From positions 52,359 through 116,358 of the forward strand of contig NW_019218211.1 of the NCBI RefSeq assembly GCF_002571385.2: a stretch of 64,000 bases of DNA. The letters run 5' to 3'. Numbering within the stretch: position 1 is the first letter of the stretch; each line of letters starts with the position of its first letter. Shown in pieces: positions 36,301 to 50,300 of this stretch. A program made the translations under genes and the position numbers. The DNA comes from Stylophora pistillata (lineage: Eukaryota). The notes beneath the pieces were generated by a model. That model was not told where the DNA came from and made no database searches. It saw nothing but the letters and a program-made list of their open reading frames with translations.

Positions 36301-39300
36301 CAAAATTATTTTCACTGCTATGAGAAACAAAGAAAGTGCATATCAGCAAAGCAATGAAAAGGAAGTATCTTCCAAACTGTAATGGGAGGTAACCTGCGAT
36401 GGACTGGCATTTCTTCAGGTGAAGTTTTTACCTTTTAAACCCTAACATCTGTATGTATATTCTCCTTACTGTTCTCTATACATTTTCTATGTTATGTAAA
36501 GGAGAATTTGTCTGTCAATCTAGAACTCCCTAGGTTTATGATCATTTTATTTATTCTCAAGACCTTAATGTTTGATTCGGGGGTGATACTGTTGGGAGAA
36601 ATTAAATGCTAATCACTCTTAGGAGTTTAAAGGGTTAACACCCTTGGGGCCCATTTCTTGAAAGTCACTATAAAGTCATTCCTTTGCAAAATAATTTTTT
36701 CCAATATACAGACTTGACGTATAATCTGTGGGGTGCAGTTTTTGTGCATCTAGTTTGACAGGAATCAATTCATACATATAATTGGAAGAGCTAGATGTAG
36801 AAATGTTTTTGTAACCGAATGGGCCCAAAGTCATGATTTAAAATCAAAAATAATTTAAAGGATAGGAAAGCAGGTTCTGGCACCCACACCAGTCTTTTTT
36901 GTTTCTTTAGCTGACAGTTTTATTATATCATTTTCAAAACTTTTTAAATCCCTATCTTGAATGAAAACAGATCTGCTTTATGGACCCATTAAGTTACCAG
37001 GACTTTTAAGAAACAGGCCCCTGGAACCTGCATTCTATGGGAAATGGTGTGTATGCTCTGGTCAGAGAGCCCCTTGGCTCAACTGCAGACTTACTTGACT
37101 TAATGTAACAATAAATCCCAGTTTGCCATCCATATGTGAAACCCAAAAATAAGGAACATGTTAATGAACCTACCATAAGACCAGCACATTTTTGTGAATG
37201 ACACAGAAGATCCTGACATGCTAAAATTTGGTTCCTGACATAAGCCTGTATTTCCTGTCATTTTACAAGGTGAAACACTAAATTGAGAAAAGCACCCATA
37301 GAAAGATTTTCTTCATTTTCAAAACTATTATTTATTGATGATTTCTTGGGATAACACTCTTACTGCTGTGGAAGAGGTGGTACTGATAAGAATAATTGTG
37401 GTGACAGTTGCATGAATTTTGGGGTAAACTATATATCGTCATATGATACAAACCAAAAGGCGTATTGCAGCAAACTTTTCAACAGACTAGGTATTGGTTG
37501 CACCTCATTCTTGTTTCACTCACCTGTTGTTGAGAATGTATCTGACTTGCTTGTTCTGAAAGATTTTTAAATTGTACTTTGGCTTGGTTTATTCTTTGTA
37601 GAAGTTTTATTGGGTTGAGCTAAATGTTTAGAAGGACAAACATAGCAGTATTAGGTACCTGTTAAAAATAACTCAGATATTGATGATTTCTGTGTGATAA
37701 AGAAGTGAGTGACCTGAAACTTGCCATCACTCTTGCAGACTAGTTGTAACACAATTAATGTGGCTTGTGATTTGCAAACTGATCAAACTGTTAGGGGTCA
37801 GTGCGCTGGACTCTGGGTCAGATGGCCCGGGTTCAAGTCCTGGCTGGAGCTTGACGTTGTCCTTAGACAAGACGCTTCACTCACATTGCTTCATCTTTTC
37901 GGATAGGACGTAAAGTCAGAGGTCCCATCTCCTGCACCTATCAATTAGTTAATTTCGGCAGGGGACATTAAAGAACCCACATCACGAGATTACTAGCCTG
38001 TTTACTGGGAATGGGGGGAGGGGGCATCTGCAAAATTTCTCCTTTATTAATTGTAAACTGCCGCTGGCAGTCTGGAAAAGTCCCCTGCACAGTGTTGTAA
38101 AGTGCATTAATTAGAGCATTTACATGGAAATGCATTATAGAAATCGATATATATTATGATTATTATTATGATTATTATTATTATTATTATTATTTTTGTT
38201 AAGGTTTCGCTTTGAAGTTTCATTTGATCCAAACATGTAAATACATTCTGCTGTCACAAAATGAGTTGGGGGCAAACTGGTAAAGATAGGAGCAACTTTG
38301 CTTTGCTGCAGGGGGCATACTGGCAAGGGTGGTAGGGGACAAACTTTAGCTACTATAAACACAGGCAATGAGTCATCAACAATACCTACAATTTGCTCAA
38401 CCGTGCACCAAAAAAATACAAGGGAATGTACCAAATTAAAAAAATTTACTTCGAAAAATATGAGTGAATAAATGTATATAATGAAGATGAACCTGCTCTT
38501 GGCCTTTGTCTAAAAACTGTTGTGAAAATTCAGTTTCCAGTCGGAGGGAGATGTAGTTGAGGTCTGACTCTGCCTTCTGAAACTGTTACAAAGGAAGAAA
38601 GTAGCTATATAAATGTAAGTTTGTTGTCGGGGTTGCATGAAGAATTACTGCTTCCACTACTTCGTAACTTAAACTAGGACGTTTGCGGAACTTAATGTGT
38701 GAAATTTGAATTTCTCAAATTTTCGACCGTACTTTTTTGTTTACTTCAATACAAATACTAGCGTTGGCAAATTTGAAAATTCTCTCGTCCAAAAAGAATC
38801 CAACTCCGTGCACTGATTCCCCTCGTCATGCATAAAATAAAAAAAGCTTTGGCTAGAAGTAGCTCAATTCTACAACTTATGAATTCTTCTGCATTCAAGG
38901 TCTTCTCAAAACAGTCAGCATTTGATGGACGCTGTGGTGATCGATACAACATTACACTCGTCATGCTCAAGATGGCCTCCAAATCGCAGTAAGCTTATTA
39001 TCGCGTTCCGAAAAAGCCGTATTTTAATTATGATAATAATAAAAAATTGGAATGAAACTCTAAATTTGGAAGCTTTCTTAATATGTTATTTTTTCTTGGC
39101 TGAAGCAACATTTAAAACACTGTTTCAAACGCCAACAGGTACGGAATCTGTTTTCACTGTTGAGGTTTTCGTATTTGGCGCCAAAATTTGCCAAACAAAA
39201 CAAAGCTTATAGAAAGCACTTAATTGACTATGAAGCTAATAGTGAACAAAGTGAGAGTAAAATTCACATGAAAAGTTGATTAGCAGTATCAATGAATCTA

Positions 39301-39363
39301 GCAGAGGCTCAAAAAGGTGATTATATTCACCAAAGCTTCCAGCTTATCCACTGCAGGCTCCAT
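33323..39363 (-). CDS. SKA2: Spindle and kinetochore-associated protein 2 with C-terminal extension (about 245 aa)
   Basis: Exons (minus) 39331-39363, 38493-38582, 37524-37619, 37174-37254, 35860-35920, 34913-34993, 34262-34380, 33943-33986, 33700-33775, 33323-33382. [27 protein letters not shown]...LNPIKLL matches human [27 protein letters not shown]...NPVTLL. Linker exon boundaries are less certain. Confidence 0.9.
36646..37021. mobile_element. MITE (GGGGCCCATTTCTTGAAAGT...ACTTTTAAGAAACAGGCCCC) containing a 148-bp copy of 36073-36220
   Basis: Terminal inverted repeats; 36666-36813 is identical to 36073-36220. Confidence 0.7.
37790..38193 (+). mobile_element. tRNA-derived SINE with Deu/Nin-like central domain and L2-like tail
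   Basis: GGTTCAAGTCC B box; TTTCGGATAGGACGTAAAGTCAGAGGTCCCATCT; GGACATTAAAGAACCCAC; (TAT)n tail. Confidence 0.7.
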
Positions 39364-41657
39364 GGTTTGCAAACTTTTGAAGAAATCACTGTCATGTAAG
39401 TCACACAAACAGTATCACAAATGTCAAAAAAAAAAAAAGTTCAAAAAGAATAGGTCCGCATTACGTATTGATAGAACCCAAAACGGCGGCGCCTCGCTGA
39501 TTTTGCGTTGCGGTACGATTTACCATCGATAATTCCATCTTTTTTTTTTTTTTTTCACTATCATTCTATTCATCGACAGGAATATCAAGCTGTCACGCAC
39601 TCGGCCAAAAACACACTATTCTGCCATCGAATATCAATATTTCAAAACTCGTCATTCCGTAGCATTCGGGAGTTTTCAACAAGCATTCTTCACGCTCCGC
39701 ATGCTTTTTTAGTACAGAATGTGGAGGTGTTTACCAAACTTAGGTATGAAGTTGAGTACTCCAGGGCAAAAACAATTACTTTTTGTCGAGGAGATGTGTC
39801 CTCGCGCGCCGGTAAGTAAGAGAGCTTAAGTCGGTAAAACTATTCCAGTTACGCCAAAGACACGAAGGCTACTTATGAAAATCTTTTGAGCCAGAAGCTT
39901 AAGTTCAAGTGCCTGACAAAATTAATCATGAGTCGCGAAAAGACAAAATAATAATAATAATAATAATAAATACATAGCAACCAGCCAAAGACATAGTATT
40001 AAGGGTGTTTACTGGATCAGTAGCTTTCCGGCATAAAGTTGTCGAAATCAAATGTAAACGAACTGAAACGGACGACATACAAGTGCTCCCCCATCATGTT
40101 CAATGAAGCCGAAATAGCGCGTTTGGATGTTCGCACGCCTAAATCTTCGCCTCGTTTTGGAGGAGGAGAGGGGTAGGGTGGGGCCTGTCACATTCATTTT
40201 CGAGTAATGTGAGAGATTGGAACCGGAGAACATCTTTCATCTGACAAGCGTAAACAATTGAGTCTATCCTTTTTTTGGTTCATAAGTGTTTTTGACCCTT
40301 ACCTTGACCTAAGGGACTCATCCAACTGACTTGATGACAATTCAGTATTTGATCAGTAATGAAAGTATTTCAAGGGCCTAGCCCGCATGTGACTGCTCTC
40401 TTTGTAAGGAAAAGCGACAATTAATCAAAATAAAACAACCTAGAAAACCCAAATGCCCGTAAAAAATGCTCTTAAAACAGAACCTCCCTACTTCGAAAAC
40501 CTTCCTAAACCCATATTTCCTGTCTCTAATCATGAACAGTAAATCAAACAGTCAGCTAATCAAATATCACTGAATTTATTCAGGTCGTGTAGGCTGTCCT
40601 TTATCTTGCGACTGAGTTTAGCGGATTGTGCGCTCAAGGATTAGCTTACGCGGTCTTGAAAATTTCGTTTTATTCTAAGTGCGTCCCTATCATCTACTCT
40701 TCTAGCTAAACAAAATCTGTTGCAAAGAACAGCTTAAGGGAAAAAGAAATGTTCAATCCAGATTCGGTACTCGCGACTCGCTACAGCACGGTGCTCAAGT
40801 AAACTCTTGTAATTATTTACATCAAGAGATTGTTAAAAAATCTACACGCTTGTGTGAGCAGTACATTTTTTTTCTTTCTAAAATACACTTTAAAAGTTCT
40901 TTTCATAATATATTCTCTATTTGACTTAACTTTTTCTCCTCTGAGGCAAAAGCCAGAAGTAGGTACTTTTACCGTTTGACTCCCATAGGCGATTAACAAA
41001 TAACTCATCCCTGGAAAATCAATACATTACCCAGCAAACAGGTAATGAGAATAAACAGGTTAAGTCGTTGTCTTGATCAAACGCCAAACTCCTGTTACTA
41101 AATTATAAGGAAATGTGTAGCAGTCGGAGGGGAGAATGAGCCACCAGATTTTGGGAGTCAAGGGTTAAAAGCAACGCAATAAATTTTTTTCCCAGATCTT
41201 TCTGAGAATATTTGTTATTCTGTATGTGGTGAAAGATATGGGGGATAATCGCTTTATATGTATATATACGAACGAAACGAACTTAACTTTACAAATAAAT
41301 AGCTATACAAAAGCGCGATGATAAATTGAGTGTCGAAAGAAACCAGAGACTTGTTGAGTAGGCTTTGCTTCAGTCGTTCTGTGATTGGTCAAGAAATATC
41401 GTACCATTTTCTCCACCAATAAGACACTAAGTTACACTATTGGTGTTGTGGTCACTCGGCACTCTGCCTCTATGTGACATGAGTTCTCATAGACTCTTTG
41501 TGGTACACTATTTTTCTTTTTCTGAGACTGGCCTAGGTAGTTTCTCTGTTTTCGGTCTGACGACAATTGAACGAAATGCACTCTAAAGTAGGGAGGGGGT
41601 GATCGTCCTGCGCCATACCAATGGTTGTACCGAATATCGCACGGAATAACAAAACTG

Positions 41658-44323
41658 TTAGATCCTCTTGAAGATTTCGTGTCTCAGCAAACGTCTTCGC
41701 TGACGACGCGAAGAGCTTTGTGTACCGTTAACTCTTCTCCCCAACAGAGAAAGGAAAAAATCTTGGTTTAGCCTTGGTCCCTTTTTCTCTTTCACGCATT
41801 CGTGATCTTCACAGATAAGTCGGGCTTCGCCACATGGACAATCGGTGTTAACTTCACAATAAGTCTTGTAGATACGGTGGCACTGAAAAATAATTGGTTC
41901 TGTTTAGTATAGTAAATCACCAAGGAAGGCGTTGATTTCAAGAAATTTCCTGTCAACTAAAGTATAGTACGCAAATACTCTCTCGCGAGTCAACCCAGCC
42001 CTCAAGGACTTCCGCAAATATCTTTAGAAAGATTGTCGGAAGTTCCCTTCAAAGTTAGCGCAGTTTATTTATAATATAACCTTAGAATGAGATGAAAGTT
42101 GAAGACCATTGTCATTGAAGTCTCGATACTGGCATTTCAGTTCAACGTCTTCAACTAAGTATCGCAATTCGCTCTTACGAAATGTCATCTTTAGAAACTT
42201 TCTATGGTGGCCAATTTAAATAATTAACTCAGTTGATTAATGCAGTAAATGATTAAACAAAACTAACCTGACTACAACAATAGTTCCCCAGGTGGCTGTT
42301 CAAATTTGAGCATGTTAATTAAAGAAAAACCTTTATTGCTACTTTTCCACCTATTTCTAACCTCCTCCCAAATTCCGAACGGCCTACATTGAATTTTTTC
42401 AAATAAGAATAAAGCTGCTCGCACTCTGTTTCTGATCCTGAAGATACATTAGGAGGATCAGACGAAAAATCTCTCCTTAGAGGCAACCACACTTGGTGCC
42501 CAAATCACATGAGTCGTAAACATCAGTTTGCATGAGTGATGAAGATGCCGAAACAGAATCTCGACTTATTTTGCCACACTTGTCTTCTTAGCACGAGTCA
42601 ACAGAATTCCTACTACACTACTAGAGGTCGTTTTAAAGTTTCCGTCCGGGTATTTTCTTATCGAGAATAAGCTTTTCATTAAAATCTTTGGAAAAAAAGT
42701 ATTTATGTCCACGAATGCGGACACTGTTCCATTACTCTAGAGTCTTCTCACGGTGTAGGGAGATCGTTCAGTGTTGTAAAGTTATCGCTGAAACAGTTAA
42801 CTAATGGAACTTACTGGCTGCCTCCTCTGGATTTGATCCACAAATGTTTCCTTCTCGCATCGCAATCGGGTATTGCATATCAAGGAACTTTTGTTGTGAC
42901 GGTTCAGACATGCGCACTCGCTGTCTTCACTACAAGGGCTACCGCGAATTTTGCCACACTGTAAAAAACAAATGGTAAACAACATCACAAATAGCACACA
43001 GTGGTATCTCTGAGATTCCACCTACAAAGTTTGAACCCATGACCCTCCGAGGAGGGCAGTTTTGTATTTTACGCCGACTGAAATATAGCTTAATAATAAA
43101 ACTTAAGTTGATGAGCACAGATCGGTGTGATGTGATATGTCGACAGCTCAAAGGTCCCAAGCTGTGAGCACGAATGTTTCAAAATTTGGAAGGGCATAAC
43201 GCACAAGCTCCAGTATCATGCTAAAGTTGACATATTTTTCCCAAAAAGAAGTCCGGCAAAAGCCTTGGACATAAGGAGTCTTCAATGGACATTAGGACGT
43301 TATTCATCAGTTGGACGCAATGAGAAATCCAACCATGAATTCCTCAAAGAGACAAGAGAGCAAAATAAGGAAGACTGGTATCCTTATGAGTGCGTAGTCT
43401 AGAGAAAAATACAACAAAAAAGGGAGGAATTATCCTTCCCTTAAATCAGTGGGCTGTCGAAACAACGCAGTAACCGAGGAAGGGGGTAGATCTCAGGATC
43501 TTATCTCCCCCACCCTAGTATGACTAAACAATAATTAGGATTACGAAACATTCAAGTATGCTCCTAAACTCCAGTGGGTCGCTACAATAGCCGCCTAATC
43601 TCCCCCTCCCCCCCCCCCGGCCCCTCGTGCCTAAAAATCCTGTCTAATTAGAGACAGATAAGAGCTTTCGTCATTGAGTAATGGCGAAGGAATCCTTAAT
43701 CCTTTCAAGAACCTAGGATTAGTCGGCAATAGGTCACACACGTGTCCATCCAAGCCTGCTGCACGCGCGAGGAAGAGATGGAAAAGGTAAAAATTGTGAA
43801 ATGAAAACGTGATCGGAATGTACAAGAACGACGACATGAGTTATATAACATGACTCTCTCATGTGACGAAAAACGTTTGGTAGAAAAAAAGTAAAACAGA
43901 AATATGAGAGGAGCCTTTACGTGAGGCAATGATAAGTCAACAGTGAAAAAAAAACAAAAAAAAAACGGGTTGATGAAACTTCCTTTAGATAATTCAGTGA
44001 CGCAGAACTTAAAAGGAAGATCACGATTGTTCAATAATTCAAGTAAGTTCCCCTAAAACGTTTCTCCCAATGTAATAACTAAGGATTTTTGTTTTTCAAA
44101 GAATACATGATACGCTTCAGAGTCAGATCTTTATATGTAAGGTGCTGGCTGGTTAAAAGAAGACACGCATTACCCAATACCCAACTCAGCCCTTAAGGAA
44201 GTACACACCAAATACAGGAAATTGGATCGAAGGTAGAATAGGAGAAACAAAACTTACTTGTGGTGGACTTGGTGCGGCTTCAGTCCAAGCCAGGAACGCC
44301 AACAGAAAAAGGAAAAAATTCAT
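41658..44323 (-). CDS. Secreted precursor with two 6-Cys knottin-like domains (paralog A, 144 aa)
   Basis: Exons 44258-44323 (MNFFLFLLAFLAWTEAAPSPPQ, signal peptide), 42815-42958 (CGKIRGSPCSEDSECACLNRHNKSSLICNTRLRCEKETFVDQIQRRQP), 41658-41882 (CHRIYKTYCEVNTDCPCGEARLICEDHECVKEKKGPRLNQDFFLSLLGRRVNG...FKRI*). All introns are phase 0 with GTAAGT donors. Confidence 0.88.
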
Positions 44324-47300
44324 CGTCTTTACAGTCACGCACTTTTCAGGCAACCTTGAACCAAAAGAACCAGAGGAGCATTAAATACAGAGAACGGGTC
44401 AGTTTACCAAGACTTGTTAAGGCGATGAGTTCAATTTTCGAGGATTCTATGGTCGTTGAATGACGCGTTTCAACAGATTACAAGCCGAATGATCTATTGA
44501 AAAAATATCTCTCTACCTTAAGGCCACAGTTAAGTAACACAAATGGGATTATTATGGTGATATTTGGCAAATCTGCTAACATAATTAAGAGTGCGCTGTT
44601 GTTTCTTGGACTCAATAATCTACAGGTGTCACAAAGCAGCCGATTTTATCACGAACGCGCAAAGGATTTCTATTTTCTTACTGAAAACTGAATATTTTAC
44701 GTTTTTAAACAAGACTTGTCAAATCTGGGTTCAAAAGCGTCCTCTAAACTTGCAAATTAGTTGAGAGCAGAGAGGAAATTTCCGCAGCTAAAGTAAATTC
44801 CCTTTTTTCATCTTTCAACGAAGAGTAATTTGACGGCACTTTCTTCCACGCAAAAGCATCTTAAGTAGTCTGAATTTCAACATAAGTGGAGCATGGAACG
44901 TGAAATATTCGACAAACAAAGGACGTTTCTTCCGAGAAAGATCAGTCACTAGAATAAATAAAGGATCAAGAAACAGACTATGAACTCCTAGCCAACGCCC
45001 TCGAATTAAACAAAAAATGTCACGGAACATGAACACCGATTTTAGATTTTTTCTGTTTCATGTTAAATTTTTGCTGAAAACGATGGACAGGAAAATGATA
45101 TTTAAAACGAACACAGTACTGAGTAGAGCGAGAATTGAATTACAATGTTTAAAGACTGGTCAGTTAAGAGTGCATCACACTAAAGATAACGTAACAAGAA
45201 AAATGAGCCTATAAACTCTGGCGTACTTTTCCGACTCTAATCCTCAGATTAATCCAACAAAAAAAGTAGTAAAACATTTCCTTTTCACAACAAATGCAAA
45301 TATTTTCAAATTACTGTTACCTTGGCCGCAATACAAACAACAAAAGTTCAACTCTTGCCATTTACCGTACGCGTAAACATGATTTTTTTTTTTATCTTAT
45401 GTTGTAAAATACCTCTTCAAAACTTGGCATATGACAGTTTTTCACTGTTTCTTCACTGAGTTTTGTCAGTGAACTCTTAATCTTTGATAATACGTCTATA
45501 CAGGTCCGTCGAAAAACCTAATGTGAACCCATCCTTGGTACTTAAACATTTTCGAGGCATTCGTAGCTCTACAAAGAATATAAAAGTTGTTTTTTAACGA
45601 TATCTTTGTTCGTCACAATATCAGTGAACTATGTTTAAGTATTTAGGCAAAGTCCAATAGGTCTTATTTTTCACCTACCGAAGATATAGATTGCCAACTA
45701 AAGAGAAGCGCAAAAAATCGAACAATCTGAAATCTCAGGAGAAGAAGTGGAGAAAATTCAAGCAACTTCTAACTGAGCCCCAAAGCGGCCGAAGCCACAT
45801 GGGAGCGACGAAATTCTAAGTTAAAGTATACTTATGCGTCAATTACGATAATTTATCACGTCATTAATTAAAGAGCTTATTTTGAGAATTAAGAAACACT
45901 GATATAAAAGCATAAGAACATGTTAAGCATCATTATACATTTGTTTCGAGAGTACGAAAAATGGCGGTTTTTTGTGAAGACTCCATCTTGAAACCTTCCG
46001 ATTGTGACGTCTGATGGTCTACTTGATTGATACGGAACAAATATGCTGCGTAAGCAATTCCGAACGCCTCTCGTAAGAAGAGAGTACAAGAGGGAGAAGC
46101 TGAGGAGGAAAAAGCTGTTTGCATGCGAAAGGATGTGGGTGAAGTTGAAACTCGAAGGAGAAACATCACCGTTTTGCCATTTTCCGTAAAGTTTAGTCAC
46201 GGGAATTCAGAGCAAAGCATCATGCTTTGAAACTGTTAGAGATAAGTGGGAAATTGGAGGAAGAGGGAGGAATAATTACGCATTCATGTTGTTTGAAATG
46301 ACGCAATGGCACTGACTCAAAAAACTAATTGTAAATTTTCCTTAACAACTCAATATTACGCCGGCAAACAGAGTGATTCCATTTTCTCGCCTACGCGCGC
46401 TCTTCACAACAATTCTGTACCGTTTCCAGTTTTCTCGAGCTTTTAATAAAGTGACACATATTTCGGTTGCGGTTGTTCGAGAGAATGCGTTAAGTACATA
46501 AGCAGATAAAGCGGTGAAGAGACAGGAAAGGCTCGCGTGTGCGACTCATATCCGCCAGGAAAGAAACCCAAGCATAGCACGAGTTTCTAAGGCGGGTGAG
46601 GACAAAAGAAAAAGCCTTCTCGACAAATACCAAATTATGAATAATTTAATGGCTTGCTGCGATGAAAGCGTATTTTTGTCAGCGAAAAATAACTGCGGTT
46701 TGACACGCAAGCTAATGGAACAAAGAAAAGTATTTGTCTTCGCCAAAACATTACTGTGGTTTCATACCAACTTGTCGAGTTCGCCGACTTCTTTAAAAAA
46801 TAATATAGTACTAAAATATGTTATGCAATTCTTTTAACAAAAAAACAAAAAAAAAATTCCTTGTTTCATAATCTGAGAATTGACCTTTCGAAGGTGTCAG
46901 CAAAAAGAAAATTAAACTACTGAAAAACAACTAGCAACGCATTGTATTACGCAGGGTATTACTCGCCTACAAAATTGCTAAAATTGCTTAACAATTACAT
47001 AACCTCAAAAGTTTGCCTTGTGTTTTCTTTATATCTTTCTTTGAAAGCGATATTGGTATATTTAATACGAAAGGCGAGGAAAATTGAAAATTAATTGGCA
47101 TCACAAAGCCATCATAGCATCAGAACTTCCTGAATGTACAGCTCACCAAAATTATAGCAGATTAAAGAAGCTTGCCGGTTATCTCTCTCGATCTATGCAA
47201 CTGCCTAATAAATATGTACTCCGTTTACTCAAAAAGACATAATGATGATCACCAATGGTTGACTAAGGAATATCTTTGGTTAGATGCATTGTTAATCACT

Positions 47301-50300
47301 CTTTTTTTGAGGAGAGAAATCTAACTTTCGGATATGAGAAACAATTTCAAAATTATTGATCATTCCGCTCATAAAACAAAAGAGGTTATAAATCTACCCA
47401 CTTTATGTTTAATCTTTATGGTTTTAGCTACAAACTGATGATCCTTCTTTAAAAGGAAGGAAGACCTATTCTTCAACTCATTACCAAGCAGAAGAGAATG
47501 TGTGACGAAAGGAAAAAAACCCCGAAGGAAGTTCCCGTACTGATATAGAGAAAAGTAAAATTGTGTTTACACTTCATAAATACCTTTGGAAGAACTTCCT
47601 CAGTCGGGCACTCCAAATCAAAAGCTCTCTCTCTTACTTCCCTTGAAGTGTTTTGTTACAGTGTAAAACTTGTGTTTAACCTTTCCTTCACTGACGTAAT
47701 GGTGGAACTGCTTAGTCTAGAGACAATTTAAATATTTATACATGTGCCGAGACATATCATGCCGAATCAAGAATGTCTGACATTCACAGAACAATACCAC
47801 TCCTTCAAATAGGGCTACCACAACTAAGTGAATGCTTTGAGGTCAACTAGCCATGAATAGAAAGTGAAATACTTCTGTGATTTGTAATGGCACACCTTGC
47901 GTGTCGGATGTGTTCTTCACTGTTCTTCTGTTTTCCTTGTTTTGTTTGCTCCAGCTGCTTTCAAAAAAGGAAGATGGCGCTATGACGAAAATGTGCCATA
48001 AATGGCAAATCTAGAAATGAAAAATCATGTCCTGCTACTTTTTAATGCTTACGTTATAGTGCAGTGAGAATCTTTCAACAGTAACACACGGATCAAAGCT
48101 ATCGCCTATAGCAACTAAGCCGGAATGAACAAGGAATTTTGTTTACGAATTTTCTAGAAATTAAATCACATTGCCAAATTGTCCAACGAAACCTTAAACT
48201 ATGTGTACTGAAACCCATATCTGCGCCTTAAAACATCCTGCCGGATACAGGAAACCCCGAATGTTCAACTAGGATCGATTATTACCTAAAAACTGTATCG
48301 AATTATCACAAATGAAACCATAAGTATTCTCGTTTCCTTTCTGTGTGGGAGGGTTAGTGGCTGGGTTCTCTTAATTTACGATAATCACACCAGAGGCTTC
48401 CCGCAGATTCATTCATTTTCAGAAGCTTTAGGAGCCTACTGTGAAGTTTTATTATAACCCGATGAGTTGGAAAGATACACACCATAGATAAACACATTTT
48501 ATAAATGACTGGGATGAGTTCACGTGTATTTGTTGAAAGGTGTTTGATTTTCTGATTTCCTTTTTGATCTCCACTGTAACTCAGCGTTAGTCAAAGGATC
48601 CAGGAAAACTTGTCAGTTTTAAATTAAATTTACAATATACCAGTATTTTAGTATTGGGATGCCGTGATAAGACCTCAGGATTTGTAAGTTGCCACACATC
48701 AGAAAGAAAATGCTAGCAGAAGATCAGAAAAGGATTCGACTTTTTTTCCCTATAGGCGAAATCACGGTAACATACCTGTATGAAAAAGATAGAAGAACAA
48801 AACTTTTAAAAAAAGTTCAGAAATTCAAGAATAGACATGCAGATCACGGTAGAAAAATCTGGAGAAGTTACTTCAATTACTGAAAGGAAGAATGATGACA
48901 CTAGAATGCCAAAAAAATATGAATTGCACAGATCATATCTTTTTGAGAAATGCGCGACTTGTTTTTCTGTCAGTGATCTATTGCAAGAAAATTAAATAAT
49001 TTAGATGTTTCAAACACGAAAGTTATCAGTATCTTTGGTGTTAACGAGCTACCAAGCGACAAGGAACACTTTTACGTCTGCACAAATAAGCTAGTCACGA
49101 ATACCCTCGTGGCACTCTCTATCGTCTAAACTTAATACCACTATTTTTTTCTCAGTTAATCTGCAAAAATCATCAGTCTGAAAGTATCTCTCACAGTAGG
49201 TTTTGAGTATGGATATGTATGTACTGAACAATGCCCACGTATGTAAAACCTCCCATACTGAAAAAAGACACTTGTTTCTTTGTGCAGACCACTAACCTCT
49301 TTCACAGGTTGTGCACATAAAAGGGTCTTATCGTTTAATCCTAATTAAGATCGTAAAAAAAAAAATAGTCTGTGGTTCTCGACTTTTCTCGTAACAGTTA
49401 AATGACTCTTCCATAAAACATCTTGCTTTAGCAATCTTGTTTTTGCGCTTGCAGTGGTTACCGCTGATAGGGTCGCTGTTGGATCGTGAGAGGAGCTTGT
49501 TGTTCCATCCCTGACAATTAATCATAGTTTTGCTTATATACTAAATATAACGTGGCCTTCTTCCAAAACTTGACTTGGATGTGTACCAACTAAATTTTAT
49601 GACGCAAATGGAAATTAAAACTGGACAAATTGCATGGCTAGTCAGAGGTTTTCCAATAGAGTCCGCAGAAGTGGAATGCAAGACATCCTAGAATGTGAAA
49701 TTTCACCCTCAGTGGCTGACCCTAGCACGTGATCCTTGCTATAAAGAACTGATAAGCAGAGGATTTGGTTCAATCGATTCATTTTGGTTATACCGAGCAT
49801 AAAGTGTACTTTCTGGCCTGAAATTCTATTTTACCTGGAAAAGTCCGCATATAACAGTTTAACTCATTCTCTCAAGTCAAGGTTCCCTTTATTCGAGTCA
49901 CCAAGACCTAAAAAAAGGTGTGCTTTGTAAGGTATGTTTTAAAAATTTCTTCTGTGTTTTCTCTCCGTTTTTCCGCGAGGTGAATGCAAACGCCCTTCAC
50001 ACACCACTTGCATTTGGAATGTCGTTTCCGACCTAAATCGATGTAAGAAACTTAAGGACACCTTCGTTCTTTAGACGCCAAATCGTGGTGCGCTTGCATA
50101 GAGCATCCACACGCTTTCTCCATGTTCATCAGTGCTACTTATGGTGTGAAGATACGTGCCAGTTAAGGTTTAAAGTGCAGATTTTTCCACCATGTAGATG
50201 GAACTTGTCTCTCTTTTATCATCCAATGTTCATATAAGAACATCCTGGCCTTTTTCCTTCACTACATAACCGTAATCATTTAACCTTGCGAATTCCTCCC

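Noticed and set aside
38758-38982. 74-aa minus-strand ORF as the SKA2 first exon
   Set aside because: The true first exon ([11 protein letters not shown]) is at 39331-39363; this ORF is intronic.
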